Part shown: one piece after another, positions 49,197 to 63,021 of the stretch
Position numbering within the stretch: position 1 is the stretch's first letter
How the letters are laid out: each line of letters starts with the position of its first letter
Notes under the pieces: model-generated
What the model was told of the DNA's origin: nothing
Seen by the model: only the letters and a program-made list of their open reading frames with translations
The model's database searches: none
Program-made: the position numbers and the translations under genes
Source of the DNA: Rhodosorus marinus CCMP1338
Lineage: Eukaryota; Plantae; Rhodophyta
Length of the DNA stretch: 64,000 nt
NCBI GenBank assembly: GCA_029953675.1
Contig: JAMWBK010000001.1
Location: 1,860,001 to 1,924,000, forward strand
Direction: 5' to 3'

Positions 49197-52143
49197 ATGG
49201 GTGAAGCTGATAGGAAAGATGGTGGGGAGGGGGGTGAGGTTGCATTTCAGCAGTTCCATTTGGTTCCTGACGGGAAAGCTCAGATCCGAGTTGATAAATC
49301 TGATGTGCTTGGTATAGGCGTGGTCGTCGATGTGAGGATTGACGGAGGCTCGTTTTCGGACAAGTGTAGATTGCACTGGGGTCTTGTCGGTGGCAAGGGC
49401 TCTCACTGGGAGCCGCCACCGAATGGATGGGTTACGAAACCAGATGTGTCCTACGATGCTGGGGACAACGCCTGGCAAACACCATTCGAAAATGGACTTG
49501 TTCGTGTGCACTTTGGAGACAATGTAAAGCCATTCAAAGCGTTCTCTTGCGTTGTTTGGGATACTGCTCATGACAAATGGTATAAGAGCGATAATTATGG
49601 GAACATGAAGGTGGAGCTGGAAGGATTACAAGTACTTTGGGACACTCCAAACGTTGAGAATGGAGCAGTGGCCAAGAAAATCGAAGAAAACGGTTCTGTA
49701 CCTGTGCCGAATGAGAACAATAAGTTGAAAGCCAACGGTTCACATAAGACTCCTCAAGAGAAACGGGCCTTGGACGCCGAGCGCATATGGACTAGTTTGG
49801 CGGTAGATGCAGGGTCAACCGAGCCGATAATTAGAGAGGGCGAGCAGAAAGTTGTTGCAGACCAAAACGCGATTTCGTGGATTGCAAACTGCGAGCACAA
49901 AGCCGAGAGGTCGCTCATGCATCGCTACGATCTCGTCCGGGAATTTGTCCAACATTTTGGCGCAAGCACATCCGCGCTGACTACCCTGGCAGTTTGGATG
50001 CAGCTCAGCACGATGAGGTTCCTTGTTTGGAACCGCAACTACAACGTCAAACCCCGAGAAATCTCGCGATCTCACGACAAGGCTTCTTCGGCCCTCGCCG
50101 AGCTGCTGGGCCCGGATGAAGCCAGTAGTTCATGGGAGCCCCTGCGCATGGCTCTTTCCAAAGTCGGTCGAGGAGGATCGTCTGATATGGGACAGAGCAT
50201 ACGTGAGGAGATTTTAATCATCCAGCGAAATAATCACTGTAAGGTAAGTGATCTCCGCCTTCCTTCCCTTGAACGAAGCAGCCCATTGCGACAGACTCAT
50301 GACGAGGACGCGCTACCATATCTTTGGTAGGGAGGATTGATGGAAGAATGGCATCAGAAACTACACAACAATACATCCCCTGACGACGTGGTCATATGTG
50401 AAGCACTAATTGCATTCATTGAAGCTAAGGATGACAAGCTGCAGGTCTACTGGAAGCACCTCAACGACAATGGTATCGACCGTGATAGACTCAAGTCGTT
50501 CGATAGAGCGATATGGTCCGAGCCAGATCCCGACCTATCCAAACAGCCAAACCTCAAGGGGGATCTGCAGAAGTTTCTTGTGATATTGAGAGCGGTTCAT
50601 GATGGCCTCGACCTTAAAACGGCTTCTGAAAAGGTATGCAGCAGAAGCGATCCTCTTTGGTTGATCTATAACCACAATGTCTAACCTCAGAGACGCCGCG
50701 GTTGCACAATGGGACTACATAGGTCGTTGGATACCGTCAAGATAGTAGAAAATCACATGTAACATACGCTGCGGTGCCTGGTATCGACATAGGGTTGTTC
50801 AACAACTTGCTGAAGGTTTTCTGGTACCATCCGGATGTTCTCGTGAAGTTGGAGGCGATTCTGGAGCTACGAAGAATCGTCTCTGTTGCTATTAAGGGTG
50901 TTCCGTCGGAGAGACGATTGGATCTTATCTTCTTAGACTTTGCGCTTGAGCAGGTGAGCTTGCTTGGTTTTTCATTGTTGACGACAGCATACAGAGCACT
51001 AACGAAAAACAAAACGCCTGTGGCATTCGGTTTTCTGTGGCACAGACTTTGAAGACGCAGGTTGAAGGTCAACTGAAGTCCCTTAGGGATGCTGAGATGC
51101 ACGACAAGGCGATGTGCGTTCTAGCAAAGACCCTGGAGAATGCTGCACGCTCGTCAGGTCATAATCGCGACCTCCTGTACGCTTTATCGATGTTAAAGTC
51201 CTGCCTCACAGCTGAGTCCAAGGAAAAATCGGAGTACAATCTGAAGACTCTTGCTGCCGCGGACCGAATCAAGGTCTCGCTCCTTGACCATACTCAAAGG
51301 TATCGGACTGCATCACCTAAGCTGGTTGCCAACTTCTGGCATCATCGAGGAAGAGGAGTGGGCCACCTTCTTGCATTGGAGGCAAACGCACCTCGAGCAA
51401 CAGGGCATTCTCTAGAGACGCATTGCTCATGAGACCGAACCCTCGTTTGAGACTGGTTTCAGGAAATGAATGCGTGTGACGGTTCTAACCGGGCACGATT
51501 AGGTCTTGGACTCACACCTTGTCCCTTTCATATGATCCCCGTTTTAGGATCGTTGACCGATTCCAGGATACTGCCGTGAAACTATGCGACAGGATGGGAA
51601 TGAAGAAGAATGTAGCTGAGCAGGTGACTGAAGAGATTACCAGGAGCTCATGCCTGGCAAGCGTGTCACTTGTACTGGGCTGTGTGATGCCAGTCCTTCG
51701 ACAAGCTGCGGGACGTGGTTGCTGGGAAATCCTCTCATCGTTTGGCGCAGAGGTAGCTACATTCGCGATTCGTTTTTGCGCTGATAGAGAGCTTCTATTG
51801 AATTTAACTACTTTTCTTTGCGCGCTTCCAACAGGGCAAAATCCAGTTGGAGGAAAGCCTGGTTCCTCTTCAAGGTCACGTCTTTGCAGAGCCGGTTGTC
51901 ATAGTTGTGGACAAGCTTTCGGGTTTCGAAGACATACCTCAAGGATGTGCTGGAGTAGTCATAAGAGCAGGGGGCGATCAACCGGATTTGCTCTCTCACA
52001 TTGCCGTTCGAGCCCGAAACGAGCATGTGCTGCTTGCTGCTTGTCATGATGAAAAGGTCTCGAACGAGCTCCGGGACAGCAAGTATGCCAACTTGAGTCC
52101 GCATGCGGGCTCGGAGGACGTTAAGGTGAAGCTCAGCGGCTAA
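49197..52143 (+). CDS. GWD: Alpha-glucan, water dikinase-like protein lacking the C-terminal nucleotide-binding domain (about 782 aa)
   Basis: join(49197..50243,50331..50633,50723..50953,51046..51299,51548..51752,51835..52143). CBM45-like LHWG/WEPP/WQTPF region, AERSLMHR, NYNVKPREIS, WHQKLHNNTSPDDVVICEAL, and phospho-His motif PDLLSHIAVRARN. TAA at 52141-52143. Confidence 0.88.
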
Positions 52144-52659
52144 GAATGAGTTAGCAAAGCCGCGCCCTCGACCCTGTTATCATTTTATTTGTAAGTGTAG
52201 GATTAGCGTGGGGTATATCAGGACACTCAAAGCAAACGGGAGTCCAGTGCTAGTTTGTCGGTTTCATTCGTAAAGCCATGCCGCTTTTTTTTGGGAAAAG
52301 GTCCCTGGTCCTCCTCTTCATTTGGTTTATTTTCTCGTTTTTAGCAGTACAAGCACTTTAACCACGCTATACCCTTTGACTGGGCTGCCAACGCGAGGTT
52401 CTCCTTTCTTGGGCGAGCTGGCAAAAGTCCAATGGCCTGCAGAGCCACGTGCTTGGATATTACTTGGGGCGCATGAAAGGGCTCTTGTTCACCAGGTGAG
52501 CTATGATCCAGGCATGTCTATGAACAACGAATAGCCCAAGTTGAGCCATTCCAAGATGCCTACCAAATCAACACGAGATGTTAGACTTGAACAAGAAGGC
52601 AAATTTAAAAGCTGGATGAGTCAATCCAGGTGTGGTTTGCGAGCCGCGAGCCGTGCTTT

Positions 52660-55407
52660 CTAATTTTTTTTCAACAAGAGGCTCCTGAAGTCGTCCTGAG
52701 TCATGTTCGCCTTCCCTGGCCCCTCCATAGAAGCTTCCCCGCCATCCTGTTCTCCCTTCTTCTGCTCTGTTGACTTGCGTTCCACGGCTGCTGGAACCAA
52801 GCCCCTTCCAGAAATCTACGAGTTTATCGAACACATATGGAAGATAAGCGGTCTGTGAGTATTGAGTATTCCTACAACCAGTTCACACCCCTCTGACTTT
52901 TTATGCACGGGCCCAAGGGAGTAGAGCCCTTGACAGGTCCCAGCAGCTTTGCGTGGACAACTTCTGTGCCTCGCACGTACCTCTATGGATCTGCGGGGCC
53001 GGTCTAAGCGTTTAGTTAAATGCCTCTGAGCGGCCTCACCCTTTGGAGGTTGATGCTGAGATTGATCTGATCGTCCCGAACCACTCTCCTTACGGCCCTT
53101 CAGCCCAGACCCTCTACCGCGCCGGCCACTCGCAGCTGCTGCCGCTGGGTTGGACCTCTTAACTATTATTGGCCTTCCCTCTACTATTTTTCTGTTCAAC
53201 TTGAGCGCCTCAACGACTCCTTCATCAGATAAGAATTCTACGTAGCCATACCCTCGTGAAGCATGGTCCGACTGCCTTGTGATAACCCTGCATGAACGCA
53301 AGGAACAAAAGGTCAGGTCAACCCGTACACGAAGAAGACCTGGTTCCATTGCATGGGTTTCTTCGATTTTGTTACTAACCTCGCTTCTTTGAGACCCACG
53401 ATCTGTGCAAACGCCTCGGCGAGTCCATCTTTCGTCAGATTGAAGGATAGGTTGCTGACGAACACTGTGTTCTCCTCTGGACCATTGTCTTCCATGTCGT
53501 CATCCTTTTCAGAAGTCTTTGCCTTCGTTTTCCCCTTCGATTCCCCTTTCGCTCCCTTCGGTTGTCCTTCAGGAGCTTTTCCTTGTATGTCCATGCTAAT
53601 TTCATGTCTCGATCCACTCTGTGTCTCCTCGCGAAACGCTATATTCGGTTCGCGCCTGGGCGCAGCATCGTTATGCCTCATTCGCTTCGTCTTCCGCTGT
53701 TCCTTTTCCTCCCGCGCCCTCTTCCTTTCCTCCAAAGTCTGAGTCTGCTTGGAGATGATGGACCTCGCATACTCATAGCTTTCGAGTGACCCGGATAAGC
53801 TTTCAATTTCAAGCCATGCAGATCCTAGGACGCTAATCTCGGCTGTGCTCTGAACGACGTACGAACCACGCTTGAGAGCCGTTGTTGCTGCCTTATAATC
53901 TCCGATTTTGTGCAAAGTTTGAGCGTACTCCACCCACCAGTACGCTTCCTTTCCACGCTTTTGCAAGAGCTTTTCAAAGATCGCTTTACATTGCTCTTCC
54001 AGCTTCAGTTCTGCACCAATCTTGCCGGTGAAGAGGCTGACTGTGCACCATCCAGGAGACCCATCCTCCTCAGATTCCAGTGCTATCTTCTGTGCATCTA
54101 GAATCGCCTCCGCGCGGACTTCAGAACTTGCCTCGGATTCCGTCCGGTCAATGTACCTCTTTGCGAACTGGAGGTAGCACAAGCTCAGCTCCGTAGTTGA
54201 GAGTCTATGAAGCTGACAATGCAGAAGTGCTTCTCGAAAGGCGTTGATCATTTCATCCTTGTCAGCAGATAATGCCTCCAGAGCGCGAAGATACTGACAC
54301 CAGAGTTCCTCGCTCCAAGGGCAGTTGCGAACAGCACGTCGCAGAGTCGTCACGCGAAGCTTCTTATCGTGAAGACGTTCAAATACGAACTGTGCGTATT
54401 CAATCCAACATTCAGCAAGAAGAAAGCAACAGCTTATCGATCTCTCGTAGGCTAGTCGAACCCTCGAGAGGCCTTGAATCTCGTGCTTCTTCTCATATTC
54501 GATGAGCGTCTTCCAAGCACTCCAAAGTTCAGGGGTCGAAACGCCGGACCCACCAGCAGCAAGTTTCTCGTTTTCAATTATTCTATTCTCAATATTGAGC
54601 AGCTTAGTGTTGTGATACTTTACATTCTTGTTCCAGTTTTCAGCAGCGGTCTTCAGTTCATCGCCTCCGTCTTTCGCCTTCGATGCTTCTTCTTCTACTC
54701 CTGAGGCATGGTAAACCCATCCATAAGAAGCGATTCGATTAGGTAAACCCACAATCAGAGTACAAAGGAAAAACAAGGAAACATGGTGCTTGCTTGTTCT
54801 TGTTCCTACCCTGCAGCGGTACAGAAAGCAGCCTCTTGAGAAGCGCACTTGTACGATCGTTTGTTGTCGTTCCACTTTCTTTCAATTCAGCCTCGAAGGT
54901 TATAAATGCTTGCCAGATCCTAATTCCGTTTCTGAAAACTGACCCACACTCTCCTAAAGCGTCCTCATACATCTGCCTCAATGTCTGCTCTGGTAGTGAG
55001 CCCTCCAAGAAAGCCTCATGAGCGATGTTCAAGCTCTTCAACGCCAGATCAACTGACAGATAATCAGACTTGCCGCGATCTAGTACTTGTAAAGATGCTT
55101 TCCAATCACCAATCTTGAGAAGATCGTCTGCCCATTCCATCCAAAGCTCGGGCGGGATAGGGAACTTTCTGGCCATGTTCTCCCTCGCTTCATTCAGCTT
55201 ATCAAACTCTCCAGACTTGCGAAGAACTCTCAAGAGTTCTAGATGAGTCTCGTAGTTCCATTCTCCCTCTGGACTTGCTAGCAATCCACTGAGGCGCTTA
55301 ATGTTCTCCTGAACCAGCTCCTCGTCGTCAGAAGAATCTCCATCGTCATCGCCAGAGCTGTTCATTTCCTTGTCCTCTGATTCCATTGGATCTTCTGTAA
55401 TAGTCAT
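52660..55407 (-). CDS. SART3: SART3/Prp24-like U4/U6 recycling factor (HAT repeats, RRMs, Lsm-interaction motif)
   Basis: HAT repeats (AVRNCPWSEELW). RRM RNP2 NTVFVSNL and RNP1 RGYGYVEF. The last exon ends in the Lsm-binding MTQDDFRSLLLKKN* at 52660. Confidence 0.85.
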
Positions 55408-56633
55408 GTTCCTGTTATTCTCTCCTGTATCTCAAAACGCCTTACCAATTTCATGTCCCCTTCGTTCTTGTCCGTTTACCCAACACAGATATGCAGTTTT
55501 AAAGCATCAAACAGATCGCAGAGATTTCAGAAAAGCACATAACTGTCACTGTAGCCAACACCAGCATGTACCAAATTATATAATTTTAAAATAAATAGAT
55601 TTAAAATTAGCTCGGGCATCTCAGACCAACATATTGATCTGTTCTATTTAAATAGCTTTGATTAGATTGTACCTGATTAAAACTAGGTTATTCGTCACTA
55701 AGAACTGGTGGGGGATAGGCGGCGTTGCTCTTAGGGAGAGAATGTATCCTCCTTTCTTATGCCTTGGGATAAAATTTGGAAGATGTTCTCGCTCTGTTTC
55801 TTCGAGGCGAGCAGTTCCTGTCTGTAAGAATCACGTGCACTTCACCTCCCTTGGTCAGCACTGATGTGGCGGAGTGTTTCGTAGAGGAAAAGCCTTACAG
55901 GGCGTAGCGGATATCGACTAAGCCGCAGTTGCAATCTACGACCTGAATTGTTACGGGGGGATGTTCCCTGATTCACCGAACGTAAGTACCCCGAGATGAT
56001 ACATCGTCAGTTGTCAAGTCCGTCTTATGCCATCAACCTGTTCTCCACAACGAACCCTCTTCTTTGTCAGGATCCAAGGTGGGAATGACGGCCCGCTGAC
56101 CAGGTCTTGGAGCCTACATTCCACTCTTGTGTACAGTTCGCTAAGAATCCCCCCATTCGAAGTCCACGAGCCTGACCTGATTAGCTATTCTTCAGCTCTA
56201 AGAGGTAGTGAGCCTGTGAACGATGAGGTTCTTGAGACCGCCGAAGGTGGTTCCTAATGTACAGAGTTCTCGGGACGATTTCTTCTGTTCAGGAAAAGCT
56301 TATTATGAATGTGTCTATCGTATAGCATTCTAGATTCTCCGTATTGTGGGAGTGTTTTGGTCACCTTGCCCATTGGCTGCCGGGTGCTCTGGAGAGCGCA
56401 AACGGCGCTCGGGATGATGCCGAGAATGTGCGAAGACGGGTGGCCTTCGCATTCCAGTCGATCCCAGTTGCTGCCTGTGCGCGAGTAACAATTATTGAAA
56501 TTATTACAATACCTCCCGCAATCTATGTGTCCAGTTCCATTTCCCAAGGCAGATGTCTCTCAGACAATAGCGTACATGCTCACGCTTCCAACATAAAAAT
56601 TGACAATTTATCTAGGCTGCGAATCAAAGGAAC

Positions 56634-57109
56634 CTACAATTCACTAACTTCTCGAAGCCGACGAATTGTACTTCTCACTGTGTAGGCAGCTTGAGTATTG
56701 ACAGACCAGGCCCCACCGGCAACAATCTTTCCGCAGTTCTTTGCACTGCAATCCCAGATCCCAACGGCCTAGGCGAATAAAAAATGGAAACCAACGAAGG
56801 GTAAGCAATCCGCTAAGCAATCCGCACACATATACAAACAAGAGGTCTCTCCTGAAGGCGAGCTGAAAGCCCTGAACAATGACCAACAAAACTCGAAAAC
56901 AGAAGAAGTCCAAGTCCGAGAGGACAAACGGATTCCGACAACGGTGTACAAAACCTCACCTTTCTCTTCACGCTGTCCTTCCCGCAGAACCCGCAAGTGT
57001 ACTTGGCGTGCTGAGTAACTTCCATCTTCTTAATCTGTTTCCTCAGCGAAGCACCAAACCTGGTCCCGTACTTTCCAACAACTCCAACCTTCTTCGTTCT
57101 CTTTCCCAT
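56634..57109 (-). CDS. RPL37A: 60S ribosomal protein L37a (eL43), 94 aa
   Basis: complement join(56634..56768,56960..57109). [24 protein letters not shown]...YTCGFCGK...AVGIWDC...GGAW. Confidence 0.97.
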
Positions 57110-58123
57110 TTTTAAGAACAAATACAATCAAAGCAACCTAAACGAATACTTCCCGTTCTCAAATAATTTCACCGCTCTTCGCACCTACGCAACTTCTCCT
57201 CCCTCCCCTCCCCAGCTGCTCTCACCCCCAAACCCCTTCCACATCAATGCGTGCCCCGGAACAAGCAAAATGCCTCCTTCGTTAACCATTTCACAGCCTT
57301 TTCCCCGTCCCCGTCTTCATCAATAAAATTTCAACCCTTCTCTCTCCACGTAGTTTGCTGCGTAACAATGGCCTCCAATTTCCTAAAAATTCCCCCGAGT
57401 GGCCCTATGAAAACATCCAGAAAACAAAACACACCCTCGATCAAGTTTTCGACCATTTTCGCCGCGCGACGGCGACTTAAGACGAATAATATTTATACAC
57501 GTGTCTATTGGATATCAATCGTTTTTGTTTTATTTGATTGCTTTATTGATTGATGTATGGATTGCTTTGGCTTCGGCTGGATTACGGTTACGATAGGTTT
57601 GAGAAGACGTCGAGTGCTTTCCGGTGCCGATGATCTTATTCCTCTTACTCTGCCTGCATGTGTGTAATTTCCCCGTGGTCCTTTGTTGAATCTTTAGTTC
57701 TCTCAGCACGCACAACTAGGTAAAGACGAGCTTGACTGGGGATATTTTCTTATGCTCGGGTCGATGCATATCGGTGATATCATCACCTTGATGAAGCGGG
57801 ATCAGATTGATTTCGTGTGAGGTTGCTGTGCCTGATGAACACAGCTGTTTGCTATGTGGCGCGTTGAAAACGCAAAGCGGGTTCCTAGTCTTACGCAGTC
57901 GATCAATAGCAAGACTTCGAAAAGTTCTTACAAGAATGGAAATTTATTCAGTAGTCAAGGGGATAGAAGCTAGCGGTGGCGCAGAACGCGCCTCGGTCAT
58001 ACATACGAGAGCCGGCCTCCATACAAGGCCGCCAAAGAAGCAACATTGGGATCCAACTAAGAGCTCGCAAAAGAGAGGGGCACTCGCATAGGTGATCGTG
58101 AAAACACCTGTGATATAGAAAAT

Positions 58124-59482
58124 CTACTTCTTTGCGGCCTTCTGGGCCGACTTGGTTGCCTTGCCCTCGGTCTCTTTCTTCTCGACAGACTTGATGACAC
58201 CGACGGCCACCGTTTGCCGCATGTCACGGACCGCAAATCGTCCCAACGGCGGGTAGGCCGTAAAGCTCTCAACGCACATAGGCTTGGACGGAATCATGTT
58301 CACCAAGGCGGCGTCTCCGGACTTGATCATCTTCGGGGCCTCTTCAACAGTCTTTCCAGTTCGCCTATCGATCTTGACAAGGAGCTCCTTGAACTTGCAC
58401 GCAATATGCGCGGTGTGGCAGTCAAGAACCGGTGCGTATCCCGCGTGGATTTCTCCGGGGTGGTTCAGGATGATAACCTGGGCCTTGAAGCTAGCGCATC
58501 CCGACGCGGGATCGCTCTTGCTGTCCGAGCACACGTAACCACGCTTCAGATCCTTAACAGCAACATTCTTAACGTTGAACCCGACGTTGTCCCCGGGCAC
58601 GGCCTGAGGAAGGGATTCGTGATGCATTTCTACGGACTTGACTTCAGTGGACAGGCCAGTAGGCGCAAAAGTCACCACCATACCGGGCTTGATAACTCCA
58701 GTTTCCACACGTCCCACAGGCACGGTTCCGATACCTCCGATCTTGTACACGTCTTGAAGCGGAAGCCTCAGAGGCTTGTCCGACGGTCTCTTCGGGGGCT
58801 GGATCGCGTCCAGAGCCTCCAACAGGCACATGCCCTTGTACCAGGCTCCAAGCGGATGGTCGCCCTTCACCTTCTCGAAGAGGTTGTCACCTGTCCATCC
58901 AGAGGTAGGGATCTTGGGTACTTTGGCGGGGTTGTACCCGACCTTCTTAAGGTAAAGATCCATCTCCTTCGAGATTTCGTCGTACCTATCCTTAGACCAG
59001 TTCACAGATTTGTCGTCCATCTTGTTGCACGCAACAATCATCTGCTTCACACCAAGGGTGAAGGCAAGCAGGGCGTGCTCACGGGTCTGTCCGTTCTGGG
59101 AGATTCCAGCTTCGAACTCACCAGGTGGAGATGCAACCACGAGAATGGCAAGATCGGCCTGCGAGGTACCGGTAATCATGTTCTTGATGAAATCACGATG
59201 TCCAGGGGCATCGATGATGGTGAAGAAGTACTTGTCGGTCTCGAACTTCCACAACGCAATATCGATGGTGATACCACGCTCACGCTCGGCCTTCAATTTG
59301 TCAAGCACCCAGGCGTACTTGAAGGATCCCTTGCCCATTTCGGCGGCCTCCTTCTCGAACTTCTCGATGGCTCGCTTATCGATACCACCGCATTTGTAGA
59401 TCAAATGTCCAGTCGTCGTCGACTTCCCGGCGTCGACATGTCCAATGACGACAATAGAAACGTGCTGCTTTTCCTTGCCCAT
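58124..59482 (-). CDS. EF1A: Translation elongation factor 1-alpha, intronless
   Basis: [26 protein letters not shown] and [21 protein letters not shown]; full length, 452 aa. Confidence 0.99.
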   Translation of the reverse strand: MGKEKQHVSIVVIGHVDAGKSTTTGHLIYKCGGIDKRAIEKFEKEAAEMGKGSFKYAWVLDKLKAERERGITIDIALWKFETDKYFFTIIDAPGHRDFIKNMITGTSQADLAILVVASPPGEFEAGISQNGQTREHALLAFTLGVKQMIVACNKMDDKSVNWSKDRYDEISKEMDLYLKKVGYNPAKVPKIPTSGWTGDNLFEKVKGDHPLGAWYKGMCLLEALDAIQPPKRPSDKPLRLPLQDVYKIGGIGTVPVGRVETGVIKPGMVVTFAPTGLSTEVKSVEMHHESLPQAVPGDNVGFNVKNVAVKDLKRGYVCSDSKSDPASGCASFKAQVIILNHPGEIHAGYAPVLDCHTAHIACKFKELLVKIDRRTGKTVEEAPKMIKSGDAALVNMIPSKPMCVESFTAYPPLGRFAVRDMRQTVAVGVIKSVEKKETEGKATKSAQKAAKK

Positions 59483-60988
59483 CTTATCAAAATTTTCTTC
59501 TCACACCCTTCCCAAAGAAGAACTACTACCCAAAAACCCCTCCTCGCGCAACAACTCCAACTCCCCCACCGCTTCACCCAGAAGCCTCCCCAATCGGCTC
59601 CAATGACTTTATAACCCCACCCAGCTTTTCGGGCCGGCGTTTAACATCCGACAGCAAACTCTTCTTCTGAAATCCCTATCTATCATTATTCCTCCACTAG
59701 AAAAAAACCTGACTTGGCCCGTGCGCCCTAAAACACAGAAGAAAAAACAAGCTGTTCTGAAGCTCCAGCCATAAGATTGGCCATGGGAAAGTGGCCGTCG
59801 AAGGACGGGCACAAATTCCACTTAAAAAAATTCGAAAACAAAAGCCTGTATATTATGAATACGAATAATTTATCGTACCTGGAGAATTTTTCATTCAAAG
59901 ATTTCGGAAAAAAAAAGAAGAGTTATCGGCTCCTTTTTTAAGCGATTCTGGTGAATTGGCGATGAGGAGTATTAGTACAATTTCATTGTATTCTGTTCAC
60001 TCTCATGTTTATTATTTCCACCCTTGGATATGTGATAGTACATTGAGTACGAAGACTGCGCACTCACTAAGAATCGAAACTTTCCACAAATCTATTAGTA
60101 CGAGCCGAGGAAAAGAACCGTTCTACAAAAAATAGAAGACTCTGGATCTGGAAAGGAAGTATTCTATTCCCTCACTGGATTTTTATTATATGAAATATTT
60201 AGTTTGGGGAAATAGTTCTAAATATTGCGTAGTTTTGTCTTTGCTAGTTTCAGCAAGAACAGTACAAATACCTGGAAGTCATTTGGTCAGGTAGAGCACC
60301 TTGGGATTGCGCGTGGGGCGTTCTGCTGCGGGTTGCAGGTTGCGGAGGTACGTTTGCAGTACGCGCTTCCGTGTTTTGTTTAACGTTTTACTGTGACACA
60401 GACACATAGATATCTAGTTGAGAGCAGCTGAGCCTGCAAGGTTTCTCGACTGCAGAAGGCAGCGGTTCCCTCGATATGAGATAGAGAGCTGTGCCTATCG
60501 ACTATAGGATACTACTTTCCATCGAAGAATTGATCTAGGCTGCCAGAAGGGGGCGGAAGGCTAGTTATTGTCGAGCGCGACTGGCGACACCTCCGCAAAC
60601 AATATGAGGTTTCCGATGTGGCGCACAGGCGTCCAAAGCATCGTCATCGTGATCGAACACTCTTTCTACAAAACAATTCTCAACAAGAGGGAGCGTCGGA
60701 CATCGATAACCGCCTCCGATGAGGGTGTTCGGAGCAGCAGATCTGAATCCGAAGGTACCCAATTCTGGTCCGGCTAGTAGTTGCAAAAGCAGGGATGCTA
60801 GATAGTAGAAGCAATCCAATCCCGGTGTCCGACAGGGAATTCCTCGGGCCATAGAACGTAGTCTGCTGGCCTGTACCGGAACCACTATTGCCCATTGTGA
60901 ACTCCAAACAGACCCAAAAAAGTTCACATGCCAGTGGAAAAATATCAATAAGAGCCGTTCTCCATGGGCAGGGTCCGCTCCAAATCGA

Positions 60989-62250
60989 TCAGGCGGCTTT
61001 AGGTTGAGACCTGATCATATTTCCAGCGCGGACGTTCTCGTTCAGGAGCTTTGAGAGAGCGTATATTGTCTCCACATGGGGAATGTCAACCCCGGCGATC
61101 TTCGCTAGTTCAACTACGGCACCTCCTATTGCATCGATCTCCATCTCCCTGCCATTCTCAACATCCTGGAGCGTTGATGTCTTGTGCTGACCTACTGCTT
61201 TAGCCCCATCGAGGCGACGTTGCAGTGGGACCCTGAAGGTTGCTCCAAGCTTCTCACCCACGGCCTGTATCGGCGGAGTTCAAAATAGAGCTCCTCGGTG
61301 AGTCTGAAATGGACGAGGCGGAAATCTCTCTCGACTTGAGGTTTCTCTAACCCACCTGTATTTCCCTAAGTGCGTTGATTGAAAGCTCCCTCGTCAGAGG
61401 GTAAGTGCACAAGTCCTCCAGCGTCGCGTGCGTAAGCGCGGAAACAGGATTGAAACAGGCAGAACCCCAAACCTTCAGGAACAGTTCACTCCTAATATCT
61501 GGAAGGATTGGGCTCTTAAAACCCGCTTCCACTAGCATATTGGAGATTGCTTGAACTCTTTCAGAAGAAGAGCCATCCAATTCTCCGATGGGAAACCTGG
61601 AAGTTCAAGAGGTGGTCAACATAGTAAATCCAAGTTGAACGCTCGTCTCAGGTGTTGCTTTCAACTTCTCATTACCTGATCCCTTCGTCGTGCCGGATTA
61701 CGCCCGGTGCTTCGATATTTGCTGCTGGGTACACCACGCATCCGATGATGCGCTTGGGATCAATCTTCTTGGATAGAGTCCCGTCCGGATCAACAGAACG
61801 TACAACCGTCCCTGAGAACGGCCCATTAAATTCTTGAAAAAACCACCACGGGATGCCATTCTGTAAGGTTACTATGCAGCTTTTCGGTCCAAGAACTGCT
61901 GATATGTCATCGACAATCGGTTCAACTTGGTGTGCTTTCACTGCGAGGAAGAAGACATCTTGCTCTCCAACGTCCTATACCAGAGAATCGTAGGCCATTG
62001 TTCTAAGCATATATGGGCTGAACACGATAGAGGTCGAGAATTAGTGGCAACCGCTTACTCGCAGCTTGTCCGTGGCCTTCAAATTTGACGCTAGCAATTC
62101 TTCGCCTCCAATTTTGAGCAATAGACCATGCTTCTTGATCGCCTCAAGGTGCTTCCCCCTCGCGGTCACAGTGACGTCATTTCCAGACTGCGCAAGCTTT
62201 ACTGCAAGGAAGCCTCCAATCGATCCTGCGCCAACAACACACACCCGCAT
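60989..62250 (-). CDS. panE: 2-dehydropantoate 2-reductase (PanE/ApbA family), bacterial type
   Basis: complement join(60989..61264,61357..61596,61676..61974,62059..62250). GAGSIGG Rossmann motif, AVKAHQ, LQNGIPWW, GCVVYPA, catalytic Lys in LKVWG, and HKTSTLQD..GREMEID. Confidence 0.9.
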
Positions 62251-63021
62251 CTTCGCTCCTCGTACTTTGGGACAACTCCAACACTCAAAACCGAGGGTTT
62301 CACCTAACCGAGCTTACACAAAACAAGAAAATCCAACGCCCCGACGTCCGCCCTTACATCAAAGGCAACGCATTCCTCCCACTGCCCTCACATAAATAGC
62401 TGTTCCGTGCCCTGCCTCCATGACCAAGCGAAGTCGTAATCACAGCTCGAGCGCCTTACGATCTACCGGAATCATCACCAGTCCCAAACATCCGGAAGAA
62501 AAAAAGTCAACGAGCTCGAATGGCGAGTAGTGTCTGACTAAGCCGAGTACGTCAAATGCGTCTATCTTGTGAGGTTTCATCGACGGTTTCAACAGTTTTG
62601 ATTTTATGTTTGATTTTTTCGATTATTGGGACCACGCGGATAAGAGTCCCCTGCTCTCATTTGTCTTCACAGACAGTTCACTACGAATGTACAATAATAC
62701 CAGACACCATCCTTATACTTAAAAACCAGTTAGTAGGAGCCTATGAACCGGCGGAGAGAGGGTTCGGCTTCATAAAGCTGCGCGGTCTCTACTCCTTGTT
62801 TCTAGCTTTTCCATAGTAAGCACAGCAGACCCCGAGACGTCCCAACGTCGAGACGTATCAAGAAGGCTCGTCGATGTAGTTAGTTTCCGGAATTCGATGA
62901 TAGGCTTCAGATAATAGCAACGCGGAGCTTCCAAGAGTTCGATTTGTTACAATAATAAACTATGCTCATCCAAGCTTCGCCCCTTGTCACAACTGTTGTA
63001 CAAAATATGAACAAGCGTCTG

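Noticed and set aside
55740-56550. Splice-like signals and short ORFs between SART3 and RPL37A
   Set aside because: Tested phase combinations hit stops, and no product can be supported.
58214-59614. 466-aa plus-strand ORF
   Set aside because: Antisense shadow of the codon-biased EF1A gene; no recognisable protein features.
60290-60950. LPEGGGRLVIVERDW resembling a methyltransferase motif
   Set aside because: No SAM-binding motif I could be joined upstream, so a single short motif is insufficient.
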